Below the pieces are notes generated by a model. The model was not told the origin of the DNA. It searched no databases and saw nothing but the letters and a program-made list of their open reading frames with translations. This document shows, piece after piece, positions 36,333 to 46,375 of a DNA stretch of 64,000 nucleotides. The stretch covers positions 124,001-188,000 of the IMG/VR virus record IMGVR_UViG_3300046092_000062; one strand, given 5' to 3'. The position numbers and the translations under genes were made by a program. The number at the start of each line of letters is the position of its first letter. The stretch's first letter is position 1.

Positions 36333-37454
36333 TTAGTAAGCCAATATACGGTTTAAGTTCTGCAAGTCTGCAGGGTTGTAGGGAATGTTGCACTCAGTTA
36401 ATGCGCTACCTAGTTTGTCTGTTAACTCGTTTACTACCAGTGGACGCATGGTAGTATAAAAGTGGTTAAAGTTGTATTCTAATATTTCAGCCATTGCTAA
36501 TTTCATTTGCACCAGTTCTTCGTGCGTTTTATTACATAGATCTTCAAGTATAGCTAGCACCGCATCAAAGCGATCGGCACTGTTAGTAATAGTGTCGTAT
36601 CCCTCGTCCCAGAATTCCCCAAAGGTACGAAAGCCATACTTGCGCAAGTACGCCAAATTGCCAGCGCCAGCTAACAACAAAAAGGGCATCTTAGCCACAA
36701 TCGGCTTAAAGATCTTTTCAGTTAGATGTTGTTTATTTTCGTAGAAGATGGTTTCAGTAACTAGATTTACAAATGCCTTTTGCATATCCGCAACATTGAC
36801 CGCTGCACTAAGCTCTCCGCGTGGGTCGCTGGTGTCTATTATCATCTGCTTTTCAAGCAGGTGCATATGAGATCGAATGTTTGTTTTGTGAGGTTCTGGT
36901 AGCCATTGGTACGAGTTAGTAGAAGCCTCAATACTTTTAACATCAGCTGTATTGTAACTCACATATCCTTTCCCTACTAGATCTCTTTTCTGCAATTCGA
37001 TTACCAAGTTGGCGCGGTACAAACGTTTGTCTAATGTTAGATTGTTATAAGTAATATATGTGCGTTCAAAATCGGTATTGACATTTATGTTGTCGTACCA
37101 ATGCAATCTATACCATTCGTGACACAACAGTGCGTGATAAAAATACTGGACATCTTTCAAATTGTAATCATTACACAGTTTGTCGCTTTCTGTGCTATAC
37201 TCACTGGTTACTAGTACCCGACAAGCTGAAAAAGATTGAGAATACGATCTATAGAGTTCAATGTAAAATTTAGTAACGTCTATAGGTTCTTGGTCATAAA
37301 AAATAACAGTAGGTTTAAGTACAATCGGATAAGACGTCGATTTTGAAACAAAGTATATACGATTTTGATTAAACACAGGACACAATAACGCAATGCCCGA
37401 TTTATCAAAAAAGTGATCTCTCATTACATTATAGAAAAAATCAAAAGGAATCAT
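36333..37454 (-). CDS. putative glycosyltransferase-like protein
   Basis: LVTET, TEKIFKPI, GFRTF..FWDE.YD; paralogue of 43074-44165. Confidence 0.55.
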   Translation of the reverse strand: MIPFDFFYNVMRDHFFDKSGIALLCPVFNQNRIYFVSKSTSYPIVLKPTVIFYDQEPIDVTKFYIELYRSYSQSFSACRVLVTSEYSTESDKLCNDYNLKDVQYFYHALLCHEWYRLHWYDNINVNTDFERTYITYNNLTLDKRLYRANLVIELQKRDLVGKGYVSYNTADVKSIEASTNSYQWLPEPHKTNIRSHMHLLEKQMIIDTSDPRGELSAAVNVADMQKAFVNLVTETIFYENKQHLTEKIFKPIVAKMPFLLLAGAGNLAYLRKYGFRTFGEFWDEGYDTITNSADRFDAVLAILEDLCNKTHEELVQMKLAMAEILEYNFNHFYTTMRPLVVNELTDKLGSALTECNIPYNPADLQNLNRILAY

Positions 37455-38693
37455 ATGTTAAGCAAGAAAATTGGATTTATTGGAATTGGCAAGTTAGGGA
37501 TGGCGTGCGCCGAAGTGATGGCCGAAAAGCATTCTGTTACCGGCTATGATATTTACCCCAAAACCAGCAACAAGATCAAAATTGTCAACCAACTTAAAGA
37601 TGCTGTACTCGGTCAAGACATTATTTTTGTTGCAGTACAAACACCACATGATGCTAAGTATGGCGGCGCCAGCCCAATTGCACATTTGCCTAACGTAGAC
37701 TTTAACTACGATGTAGTTGAGCATGTGCTTAAACAGATTAACTGTTGGGCAAGACCAAATCAAATGGTTGTGTTAATTAGCACAGTACTACCAGGAACAG
37801 TGCGTGGACGATTGCGCCAACACATTACTAATCCACGTTTCATTTACAACCCTTACTTAATTGCAATGGGCAGTGTGGAGTGGGATATGGTTAATCCTGA
37901 GATGGTTATCATTGGAACAGAGGACGGCGATGTTACAACTGATGCAGCAGAGCTAATTGAGTTTTATAAAGGACTGATGCAAAACAATCCACGTTACGAA
38001 GTTGGTACATGGGACGAAGCGGAATGTATTAAGGTGTTTTACAACACATTCATTAGTGCCAAGATCGGATTAGCTAACATGATCCAGGACGTTGCTATCA
38101 AGCAAGGCAATATTAATGTGGATGTCGTGACTGATGCACTAGCAAGATCTAGTATGCGAATCATGGGGCCAAAATACATGACAGCAGGAATGGGTGATGC
38201 CGGACCTTGCCACCCACGTGACAACATTGCATTACGTTACATGGCAGAGAAGTTGGATCTAGGGTACGACCTGTTTGATGCTATTATGAATGCACGAGAA
38301 ATTCAAGCACGTAACCTAGCTAAGTTTATCGCTGACGAAGCCAACAATGCGTTGCTGCCAGTTTATATTCACGGCAAAGCATACAAGCCGGACGTGGACT
38401 ACTTAGAAGGCAGCTATAGTTTGCTAGTTGGACATTTTCTAAAACAGGATTTTGGCATCACACCGCACTATGTTGATCCACTAACAGAAGAACTTAATCC
38501 CAAATCTGTTAAGGGCGTTGTGCTACTTGCACACAATAGAAAAATCACATACGGGTATGCGGGCGAAGAGAACGAGCAGGAACTCTACTGCAAACTTAAC
38601 GAAGGTAGTATTGTAGTTGACCCATGGCGTCAATACGCTACTGCTCGCACCGACATCAAGGTCATCCACTATGGCAATACACGCAAAGTATAA
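37455..38693 (+). CDS. ugd: UDP-glucose/GDP-mannose 6-dehydrogenase
   Basis: GIGKLG, AVQTP, STVLPG, AE.IK..YN, GPCHPRD. Confidence 0.9.
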   Translation: MLSKKIGFIGIGKLGMACAEVMAEKHSVTGYDIYPKTSNKIKIVNQLKDAVLGQDIIFVAVQTPHDAKYGGASPIAHLPNVDFNYDVVEHVLKQINCWARPNQMVVLISTVLPGTVRGRLRQHITNPRFIYNPYLIAMGSVEWDMVNPEMVIIGTEDGDVTTDAAELIEFYKGLMQNNPRYEVGTWDEAECIKVFYNTFISAKIGLANMIQDVAIKQGNINVDVVTDALARSSMRIMGPKYMTAGMGDAGPCHPRDNIALRYMAEKLDLGYDLFDAIMNAREIQARNLAKFIADEANNALLPVYIHGKAYKPDVDYLEGSYSLLVGHFLKQDFGITPHYVDPLTEELNPKSVKGVVLLAHNRKITYGYAGEENEQELYCKLNEGSIVVDPWRQYATARTDIKVIHYGNTRKV

Positions 38694-39183
38694 GATCCCT
38701 AAGTTTTGGGGCATTGAATACAAGCTCTTAGATTATGTAACTGAAGAGTTCAATGACCCTGAGAGCTTGCGTATCTGGCGCCACCAAGGATACCCGGGAC
38801 CATTCACTGGCGCCATGTGTGACATGCGCAGTCCTCAGCCTAGCTGGAATGATAAGTTCATTGAGATATATCAAGAGATGGGATGGAAGGACATTGGCAC
38901 CAGTTACTACCGCATGGATACTGGAACAGTCTTACCAACTCACTCTGATTTGTATGCGAAGTATGTTAAACTACACAACTTGCAAGGTCAGGAGCAACGT
39001 ATCCGTAGAGCAGTAGTGTTCTTAGAAGATTGGAAGCCCGGGCACTACAGTGAAATCAATGGCATGGGCCTTGTTCACTGGGATGCAGGAACAGTGCTAG
39101 AGTGGGATTATGATACCCCGCACGCCGCGGCCAATATTGGAATTGAGTCGCGTTACACACTTCAAATAACAGGTTGGGTATGA
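38671..39183 (+). CDS. 2OG-Fe(II) dioxygenase-like (cupin) protein
   Basis: PTHSD (HxD), distal H (PHAAAN), RYTLQIT. Confidence 0.75.
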   Translation: MAIHAKYKIPKFWGIEYKLLDYVTEEFNDPESLRIWRHQGYPGPFTGAMCDMRSPQPSWNDKFIEIYQEMGWKDIGTSYYRMDTGTVLPTHSDLYAKYVKLHNLQGQEQRIRRAVVFLEDWKPGHYSEINGMGLVHWDAGTVLEWDYDTPHAAANIGIESRYTLQITGWV

Positions 39184-40097
39184 TATCAAGTTGGAATGAA
39201 TACGATCCGTTAAAGCGTATTATTGTTGGTGATGCAACACATGCGAATTGGCCAGTATATGATAAGGTCTTTCGCGCAGAAGAACAAAATACCTTGTGGA
39301 AAGAAACTCCACTCCCATCTGGTCCAGTACCACAGTGGATCATTGATGAAACTAATCGTGACCTGCAACGTCTTTGCACCATTCTTACTGTACACGGCGT
39401 AGAAGTGGAGCGCCCAACTACAATGAATTTCCAAGTGCATGATGGCCTGTACAATTACTGTCCCCGAGATCGTTTCATTGTGCATGGCGGTATTATTATC
39501 AACCCTGCAATGATGTATCCTTGCAGAGATATGGAATATCAATGCTACATGGATTTTCTTGACGAAGCAGAACACATTATTCACATGCCACGTGATAAGG
39601 GCATGGTGCTGGATGCAGCAAACATTCTACGTATTGCTAAAGACAAGTGGTTGTTCTTAGAATCGGCCAGCGGCAATCGCGCTGCATACGATTGGCTATG
39701 CAAACAAGTGCCAGACGTTGAAATTGAACTGTGTAACTTCTACGCTGGTGTGCATATTGATTCAACCATTGTTGCATTAAATGAAAATACCTTTATTGTT
39801 AACGGCAGCAGAGTAACCAATGACACGCTGCCTAAGATGTTGCGAGACAAAGAACTGATCTTCGTTAACGATGTTGTGGCGCAAGAGTTCCACGAGTATC
39901 CGTATGCTAGCAAGTGGATTGCGCTTAACATGCTGAGTATCAATCCCACTACTGTCATCGTTGACGCTGCACAAGACCTACTAATTAAAACCTTAGAGGC
40001 ATTAAAGTTCACAGTTATTCCGTTGACCCTACGCCATAGCCGCACTCTCGGCGGAGGCTTCCACTGTGTAACGCTCGATTTAGTTCGTTCGATATAA
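39180..40097 (+). CDS. amidinotransferase (glycine/inosamine-phosphate AT family)
   Basis: SWNEYDPL, CPRD, DAAN, HIDS, GGFHCVTLD. Confidence 0.9.
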   Translation: MISSWNEYDPLKRIIVGDATHANWPVYDKVFRAEEQNTLWKETPLPSGPVPQWIIDETNRDLQRLCTILTVHGVEVERPTTMNFQVHDGLYNYCPRDRFIVHGGIIINPAMMYPCRDMEYQCYMDFLDEAEHIIHMPRDKGMVLDAANILRIAKDKWLFLESASGNRAAYDWLCKQVPDVEIELCNFYAGVHIDSTIVALNENTFIVNGSRVTNDTLPKMLRDKELIFVNDVVAQEFHEYPYASKWIALNMLSINPTTVIVDAAQDLLIKTLEALKFTVIPLTLRHSRTLGGGFHCVTLDLVRSI

Positions 40098-40119
40098 ATA
40101 CTTGATAATAAGAACAACT

Positions 40120-40881
40120 ATGACCGATTTTTCTAGATATTCAGATGCACTGCTTTCAGCACTTAAACACTCAAGCAAAGAGCAAGAGATTGTAACAAAG
40201 AAGCAAGAAATTTTAGATGGCATCTATGGATTTCACAACTTTGTGCCAAATACAACTTTATTCGTTGGGTTCAATCCCGCATTGCTTTCTGCCAAGAACG
40301 GCGACGTTTCTGTCACCTGTATTAGCCAAGCCGCAAGGGATTACTTAGACAGCAAGAACGTCAAGTACACATACGTATCAGAATCTGAAACTGTTGGTAA
40401 GAAGTTTGACGTTGTGGTTGCAATGGAAGAATTCTTTACGTTTGCTGATAACGAGTTAGATCAGCAAAATGTTGTTAAACAGATTTGTAACCTAGCCAGT
40501 GAATTTGTGGTAAGTACTTTACGTGATTATAAGAATCAAGACTTTAAAGATCGTGAGTTCAGTATCCCAGCTGTGATTCGAAATGGCAAGACCAACTGCG
40601 TTTACAATGAGTTCCATGACTGGGACTTTGCAAACCGTAGCGCATGGACCACTACTGTATACGAAATTTCAAATCCAGCACACGAACTAACCACTTACGG
40701 ACCGTTTAATAGACGTACTATGTACTTCAAACAGTTGGCTAAGTTTAGTATGGATGCAGGTGCAGGTGATTTCATTGTGCATAAAAACCTCATGTATAAG
40801 TCATTGATTAAGAAAAATTATGAACACGTTATCAGCATAAGATTTGAAGATCAATGGAACTATCAAAATTCGACTCGTTAG
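40120..40881 (+). CDS. degenerate methyltransferase-fold protein
   Basis: TLFVG...FDVVVA pattern; late promoter at 40093. Confidence 0.45.
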   Translation: MTDFSRYSDALLSALKHSSKEQEIVTKKQEILDGIYGFHNFVPNTTLFVGFNPALLSAKNGDVSVTCISQAARDYLDSKNVKYTYVSESETVGKKFDVVVAMEEFFTFADNELDQQNVVKQICNLASEFVVSTLRDYKNQDFKDREFSIPAVIRNGKTNCVYNEFHDWDFANRSAWTTTVYEISNPAHELTTYGPFNRRTMYFKQLAKFSMDAGAGDFIVHKNLMYKSLIKKNYEHVISIRFEDQWNYQNSTR

Positions 40882-42071
40882 TAGCTAACATATTAGAAGA
40901 CGTACAAACAAAGGTTGGTAATCAAATTACTGACCTTGTTAAAGATGAGCTTAGAGCTCGACTAGACACGTATAATTACGATCTAGCTGTACACAAATTA
41001 AACCAAGTACTTGACCCCACTGACACCGAAGCGTTGCAGAAACGTATTAACTCGGCTGTTAACGCGGTCGTAAATAACATCCAGGCGCAGCTAGAAGCAG
41101 AGATTGCAGACCTTGTTTATAAGAAACTCAAGGACCTTGACGTTAATCGACAATTTAACCAAACACTAGCGACCGCAGTTAAGGACAAGATCTTTAATCT
41201 TGACTTTCCCGAAGGCAGTGTTAGTGCAGCAAGTATCAAGCAGTCAGACTTGGCTATTTCGGGTGATCAAGTTGCAGGCGGTATTATTAGAAACTTTGCA
41301 TCCACTGGCATTGACGACCAATCAACTAATTGTGTTGTCACTATTCTCGATGCTGCGGTAGTTGTTGAAAACAATCTGGTAACAATGGATTTAACTGTTG
41401 AGGGCGATCTCAACGTAAAAGGCAAAGTAGACGAGGACAGTGCGTTCTACAAACAGTTAGCTAACTCAGTTACTAATGCAGTCCAGCAAGGCCTAGATAG
41501 TGAATTATTTGCAGGGTTCAGCGACACTATTTTTAGCAAAATCAAAACAGATGGTCTAGACTTATCCAAGATTACAGTCAATGAAAATGTAGTAATCGAA
41601 GGCAATCGCATTGGATACACTATTACCGAAAGTAACTTGCAGAAGCTGGGTATGCTAAAGGAATTGCAAGTAGCAGGCGAAACTCAACTTTCAGACACGT
41701 TATACGTGGGTAACAAACGTACTGGCATTAACACTCTAGAACCTAGTGCAGCATTGGCGGTATGGGACGAAGATATTGAAATTACTGTTAGCAAAGAACG
41801 TAACGGTCAGGGCCGAATTGGCACACCCAGAAACCAATCACTTGTTTTAGGCAGCAACCAGCACAGCAACATTGTGCTTAACACAGATGGGTCGGCTCAA
41901 ATCAATGATCTGCGTATGGGTAATGTAAAGATGTCTGCTAGCGACACACCGCCTAATTTCTCTAGCACCAAAGGACATATTGTGTTTAATGCCAACCCTA
42001 GCGCAGGCGGCCCATTGGGTTGGGTTTGCTTAGGTGCTGCAAATTGGGCAAATTTTGGCATAGTTGACTGA
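40854..42071 (+). CDS. probable virion/fibre protein
   Basis: Coiled N-terminus; SNLQKLG.L; C-terminal GHIVFN.NP..G.PLGWVC. Confidence 0.6.
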   Translation: MELSKFDSLVANILEDVQTKVGNQITDLVKDELRARLDTYNYDLAVHKLNQVLDPTDTEALQKRINSAVNAVVNNIQAQLEAEIADLVYKKLKDLDVNRQFNQTLATAVKDKIFNLDFPEGSVSAASIKQSDLAISGDQVAGGIIRNFASTGIDDQSTNCVVTILDAAVVVENNLVTMDLTVEGDLNVKGKVDEDSAFYKQLANSVTNAVQQGLDSELFAGFSDTIFSKIKTDGLDLSKITVNENVVIEGNRIGYTITESNLQKLGMLKELQVAGETQLSDTLYVGNKRTGINTLEPSAALAVWDEDIEITVSKERNGQGRIGTPRNQSLVLGSNQHSNIVLNTDGSAQINDLRMGNVKMSASDTPPNFSSTKGHIVFNANPSAGGPLGWVCLGAANWANFGIVD

Positions 42072-42097
42072 TAATGGGTCACATGCTATAATACAGC

Positions 42098-43105
42098 ATG
42101 ACTACACCACGAATTGGGTTTGCCTGTAAGTTTAGTGAACTTACCCCTAAAGGCATTGAAAGTGTTCCGGAATTAAATACACGCGGCACTACTGTGGCGT
42201 GGCTAAATAGACAGAGCAAGCATATTGCAGAGGAACGTCTCTGGGATATCATGAAGCACAACATCGAATCGGCAAAACTGCTGGTAGAAAAAGTAGGAAC
42301 CCTTGAACAACATCTCAGAATGGTGCGCCTTAGCAGCGACCTTCTTCCTGTATATACCGAGCCTTCTTGGAGTTATTTTTGGCGTCAGCCTGACGTTAGG
42401 GCTTATTGCGAAAAACACTTTGCGCAGGTTGGCGCTGTTGCTCGTTGCAGCAATGTGCGTCTTAGTTTTCACCCAGGTCAATTCTGCGTTCTCGCAAGCG
42501 ATTCTGGAGATGTTGTTGAACGCTCAATCCTTGAGTTCGAATACCATGCTGATATGACCCGTTGGATGGGCTATGGACAAAAATTTCAAGACTTCAAAAT
42601 CAACGTACACATATCGGGACGCAAGGGTCCGCAGGGCATTAGAGATGTATATGGCCGTCTATCGCCTGAAGCACGTAACTGTCTAACACTAGAGAACGAG
42701 GAATACACACATGGTTTGGACGATTGTTTGTCTTTACACGATCTTGTACCTACTGTGCTCGATATTCATCATCACTGGATCCGAGAAGGTGAGTACATTG
42801 ATGCGGGCAGCGATCGTGTTAAGGCAGTTGTTGATAGCTGGCGCGGCGTGCGCCCTACTTTACACTACAGTGTTTCACGAGAAGATGTCCTTGTCGGGCA
42901 CTGTGCGAACACCTTGCCCGATCACCCAGCGTTGCTTGTAAGCGGTTACAAAAAGCAAAAACTTCGTGCTCACAGTGACTACTACTGGAACAATGCAGTT
43001 AACGAGTGGGCTGCTACGTTTACTAAAGACTTTGATGTCATGTGCGAGAGCAAGGCCAAGAACCTTGCTAGCATTAAGTTCGCGACAGTAGCTCTTCAAT
43101 CTTAG
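42098..43105 (+). CDS. uvsE: UV damage endonuclease
   Basis: RIGFAC, RLSSD, HPGQF, LENEE, DIHHH, RAHSD, ESKAK; promoter 42064-42092. Confidence 0.93.
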   Translation: MTTPRIGFACKFSELTPKGIESVPELNTRGTTVAWLNRQSKHIAEERLWDIMKHNIESAKLLVEKVGTLEQHLRMVRLSSDLLPVYTEPSWSYFWRQPDVRAYCEKHFAQVGAVARCSNVRLSFHPGQFCVLASDSGDVVERSILEFEYHADMTRWMGYGQKFQDFKINVHISGRKGPQGIRDVYGRLSPEARNCLTLENEEYTHGLDDCLSLHDLVPTVLDIHHHWIREGEYIDAGSDRVKAVVDSWRGVRPTLHYSVSREDVLVGHCANTLPDHPALLVSGYKKQKLRAHSDYYWNNAVNEWAATFTKDFDVMCESKAKNLASIKFATVALQS

Positions 43106-44165
43106 ATTCTAAACCGCGCACAAGAGACAAGTGCCAATCGGTTGACATCATAATGTTAAAGTTATGTTCAACGATTGGCCTTGCCTTTTGTAGTATTAGA
43201 TTCTGGTCTTGCTTGCTTAACCAACTCATCTGTTCACATGCTGCGGCCCAACGTTGTTGATCATCAGCAATAGAGTCGTAGCTTTCATCTATAACGGAAC
43301 CAAACGTTCGAAATCCCAACTTGCGTAAATTGCGTAGGTAGTGCTGGCCAGCAAACATAATAAACAAGCGTCTAGCAATAATGGGCTTGGCAGTCTTCTC
43401 AGTGTAGAAACTGTATCTATTATCGTAGTTGGTTTCTGCCACTACAGTGTAAGCAGTGCGGTTGTAAATATCAATGGGTATAACTTGACTGATACTCATT
43501 GCGTGGCCGTAGTACTTAACAAAGTCTACAGTCCATTTAGGATCGTTGATAAACTGCATACCACGATCCTCCCATATCCATTGTTCGCTACCCGTAGCAA
43601 AATCTACCTGGTGCTCGTTAAAGTAAGTGAGCACACGATTTTCTTGCCTTAGGTTTGCTTTTACAAATTGGTAAACAGCATCTCGGTGAGGCTTCTTTCG
43701 GCCTAGTAGGATATCAAAGTGCGATTCCTTACTGTGAACGTAATTGATTCTTCCTAGCAGCTCAGGCAAGTAATCACGATAAAAATAACGACTGGTTTCA
43801 AACCAATCGAAGTATTGATGAACAGTTGCATGTTCCAACGGTTGCTCAACGAACCCGCAAAGGTAGTAGGCAATGTTGGGACGATCGTTCTTTAGTATAA
43901 ACTCTAAGGTACTAGCATGTAGCTCAGAGCCTATAACAAAAACAAAATCGCTGATTTCGTACACTGAATCTAACTTGGCTTGAGTGTCAGATTTGAATGG
44001 ATAGGGTAGGTGAATAAACGCGATGTTCAGTGGATGCCCACTGTTTAAATAGTGACCTAGATCATCGTAAACTGCCCATTCGTTTGGAGTGAGCTTTTCA
44101 AAATGATCTAGGTGGTACCTAACCGTGTCGGAATTATCGCGAAAAACTCCGACGTTGAGAAACAT
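43074..44165 (-). CDS. putative glycosyltransferase-like protein
   Basis: VVAET, TEKTAKPI, GFRTF...IDESYD. Confidence 0.55.
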   Translation of the reverse strand: MFLNVGVFRDNSDTVRYHLDHFEKLTPNEWAVYDDLGHYLNSGHPLNIAFIHLPYPFKSDTQAKLDSVYEISDFVFVIGSELHASTLEFILKNDRPNIAYYLCGFVEQPLEHATVHQYFDWFETSRYFYRDYLPELLGRINYVHSKESHFDILLGRKKPHRDAVYQFVKANLRQENRVLTYFNEHQVDFATGSEQWIWEDRGMQFINDPKWTVDFVKYYGHAMSISQVIPIDIYNRTAYTVVAETNYDNRYSFYTEKTAKPIIARRLFIMFAGQHYLRNLRKLGFRTFGSVIDESYDSIADDQQRWAAACEQMSWLSKQDQNLILQKARPIVEHNFNIMMSTDWHLSLVRGLESKIEELLSRT

Positions 44166-44467
44166 TACTTGCTAGCAGGTTTCTTGGCAGGTTTCTTAGC
44201 TGGCTTTGGATCGCCGGCTTTGGCCAATGCTTTCTTAGCAGGTGCCTTAGGTGCAGCTGGCTTCTTTGCAGGAGCAGCTTTTGCCTTTGGTGCAGCTGGC
44301 TTCTTTGCAGGAGCAGCTTTTGGTGCAGCAACAGGCTTTTTTACTGGTGCGGCAACTGGTGCTTCGATTTTGTATGGTGCTGCATTAACAACTTCTACTT
44401 TTGTTTCTTCAATTCTTGGTGCCGGAGTTGGCTTGCCAAAAAAGAATTCTTTGATTGCTTTAAACAT
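44165..44467 (-). CDS. histone H1-like Ala/Lys/Pro repeat protein
   Basis: Repeated KAAPAKKPAAP; amphipathic MFKAIKEFFFG N-terminus. Confidence 0.75.
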   Translation of the reverse strand: MFKAIKEFFFGKPTPAPRIEETKVEVVNAAPYKIEAPVAAPVKKPVAAPKAAPAKKPAAPKAKAAPAKKPAAPKAPAKKALAKAGDPKPAKKPAKKPASK

Positions 44468-44533
44468 TGGATCTCCTTAAACATGTTTCAATGTATATGT
44501 ATTTAATTAGTGACAGCTCACTAGGAAAATTTG

Positions 44534-44563
44534 TTGACTTTTGCTGCGGCGCAGCATTATAAT
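44534..44563 (+). promoter_or_regulatory. sigma70 promoter with a PhaR-like palindromic operator in its spacer
   Basis: TTGACT-N18-TATAAT enclosing TGCTGCG-G-CGCAGCA (44542-44556). Confidence 0.7.
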
Positions 44564-44635
44564 AACTAAATACTTTGTACGGTGCTGCATAGGGCGGGCC
44601 GTAAAAGAAGTATTCGTCTATTTAGGAGAAACAAC

Positions 44636-44905
44636 ATGTTTATTACAGACACATTCATCGACACCGTATCTAACGGTAAAAAACAATTCGTTAACACAGT
44701 ATTCGCAAACAACCAAGCAGTCGCCAAGGCACTGAACGGGTTCGTTGACGCACAAGCTGAGTACACAAAGAAGGCAGCTAAGGCCGGTTCCGACACAGTT
44801 GCTCAATTGACTAGCGAAGCAGTCAAGGCAGCTACCGAAGCCAGCAAGTTTGACTTCGCCAAAGCCACAAAAGACTTCAGCGAGAAGTTCAGCTTTAAAA
44901 AGTAA
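44636..44905 (+). CDS. phasin-like PHA-granule-associated protein
   Basis: 89-aa Ala/Lys-rich amphipathic helical protein (FVDAQAEYTKKAAK); operator context. Confidence 0.6.
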   Translation: MFITDTFIDTVSNGKKQFVNTVFANNQAVAKALNGFVDAQAEYTKKAAKAGSDTVAQLTSEAVKAATEASKFDFAKATKDFSEKFSFKK

Positions 44906-44926
44906 TCGTTGCAGCAACGCAACACT

Positions 44927-44951
44927 AGCCCCTTAATTGGGGCTTTCTTTT
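44927..44951 (+). terminator. intrinsic terminator
   Basis: AGCCCC-TTAATT-GGGGCT + T run. Confidence 0.8.
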
Positions 44952-45000
44952 GGCCAATTGATGTTATACTTTCCGCATTGCAATTAACAAAGGAAATACT

Positions 45001-45522
45001 GTGGCAAACAAAATGGAAAACTTAGAACTCGATGTTGCACACTTTGTAGCGTTTGCGTCACACCTTCCTGGGTTTAAAAATCAAGACCGTGGTACCATTA
45101 AATGGATGTTAATGGAAATGGGCATAGTTGAAGTAAGTACTGCATTTGAGCGGGTCCTAGCTGAGCTGGGCGGACATACATTAGTGAGCAAAGATAATGG
45201 TGACTTGTATAAGAACGGCAAGTACAGCGATGCTAAACTTAGCACGGTGAGAACTTCCAGTAGGGGGATGGCATATTCTGCACCAGTTACAAATATTTTC
45301 AACAAGACCGGTGCATTACGAGTGCAAGTGTTTGAGCGCAAGCAATATAAGTTTTATTATTTTGCTATCCCCCGTCACGCATACATGCACATACCCAAGA
45401 CAAGTAACATCGAAATTCCGTTTGAACTCGATGGCACACCGCGGACTAACAATAATTGCACAGTCAACTGGTGGAAATACAAGGTAGATACCCTTCAAGA
45501 GGCAGCTACAAAATATAGCTAA
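45001..45522 (+). CDS. hypothetical protein, possible PD-(D/E)XK nuclease
   Basis: FE...GDL...SDAK pattern. Confidence 0.5.
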   Translation: MANKMENLELDVAHFVAFASHLPGFKNQDRGTIKWMLMEMGIVEVSTAFERVLAELGGHTLVSKDNGDLYKNGKYSDAKLSTVRTSSRGMAYSAPVTNIFNKTGALRVQVFERKQYKFYYFAIPRHAYMHIPKTSNIEIPFELDGTPRTNNNCTVNWWKYKVDTLQEAATKYS

Positions 45523-45564
45523 ATTTCGGTTGACCAGAAATGATTTTGGTTATATAATACACAC

Positions 45565-45888
45565 ATGAAACAAATTATTGCACTCTGTATCGTTCTTGCA
45601 ATCGCTGGCACTGCCCAAGCTAAAGGTGGTGGTGGTGGAGGTGGACATGGTGGTCACGCCAGTTCTGGTGGACATGCAAGCTCAAGTCACGCAGCAGCAC
45701 CAGCAAAAGCACCTGCTCCTGTTGCACCTGCTCCAGCAAAAAGTACTACTTCGCCAAGCAAAAGTACTACAGAAAGTCCTAGCACTGTGACTAGTCCTTC
45801 GTACTTCTATATGCCATGGAACATCTGGCATCAGAAAAGCAATGGCAGCAAAGATTGCGATAAAAACAAAGACAAAAACTGCAAATAA
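45565..45888 (+). CDS. secreted Gly/Ser/Pro-rich protein
   Basis: Signal peptide; promoter 45530-45558. Confidence 0.7.
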   Translation: MKQIIALCIVLAIAGTAQAKGGGGGGGHGGHASSGGHASSSHAAAPAKAPAPVAPAPAKSTTSPSKSTTESPSTVTSPSYFYMPWNIWHQKSNGSKDCDKNKDKNCK

Positions 45889-45951
45889 TGGTTGTCCATT
45901 AATGATTTTGGTTGTATAATAGATACATAGCAAGCAAAAACAGGAGTTGAG

Positions 45952-46374
45952 ATGAGCACAAACGCAACAATCGGAATTATGCACGGTGACAAATGCAAAC
46001 ACATTTACCTGCATAGCGATGGTTATCTGGACTACGCTGGCAAGGTGTTACTGGCAAACTATGACAGCACCAAAGCTCAGTTCCTAGTTGCCCAAGGTTC
46101 CTGCTCTATGCTTGGCAAAGAGATTGGCGAGAAGATTGATTTTAGCGATCGTCTAGAGTACGACGAATATCATGTTGCCAAGCAATGTCGCTTTTACAAG
46201 CGTGATCGCGATGAGTCCGGCGTTGACTTTCAAGTTGCATTTAGCATGGAAGAGTTGTTGGCTAGCACACAAGCTCACTACACTTACATCATGAAAGACG
46301 GTGTGTGGTACGTTAGCTTGGGTGGTGGTCCTTTGCAAGTGTTGGCAGACGCTATTGAAGCAGAACTGGAATAA
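45952..46374 (+). CDS. conserved phage early protein (MSTxA.I...Y.HxDGY)
   Basis: AGGAG RBS; promoter 45892-45920. Confidence 0.75.
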   Translation: MSTNATIGIMHGDKCKHIYLHSDGYLDYAGKVLLANYDSTKAQFLVAQGSCSMLGKEIGEKIDFSDRLEYDEYHVAKQCRFYKRDRDESGVDFQVAFSMEELLASTQAHYTYIMKDGVWYVSLGGGPLQVLADAIEAELE

Positions 46375-46375
46375 T

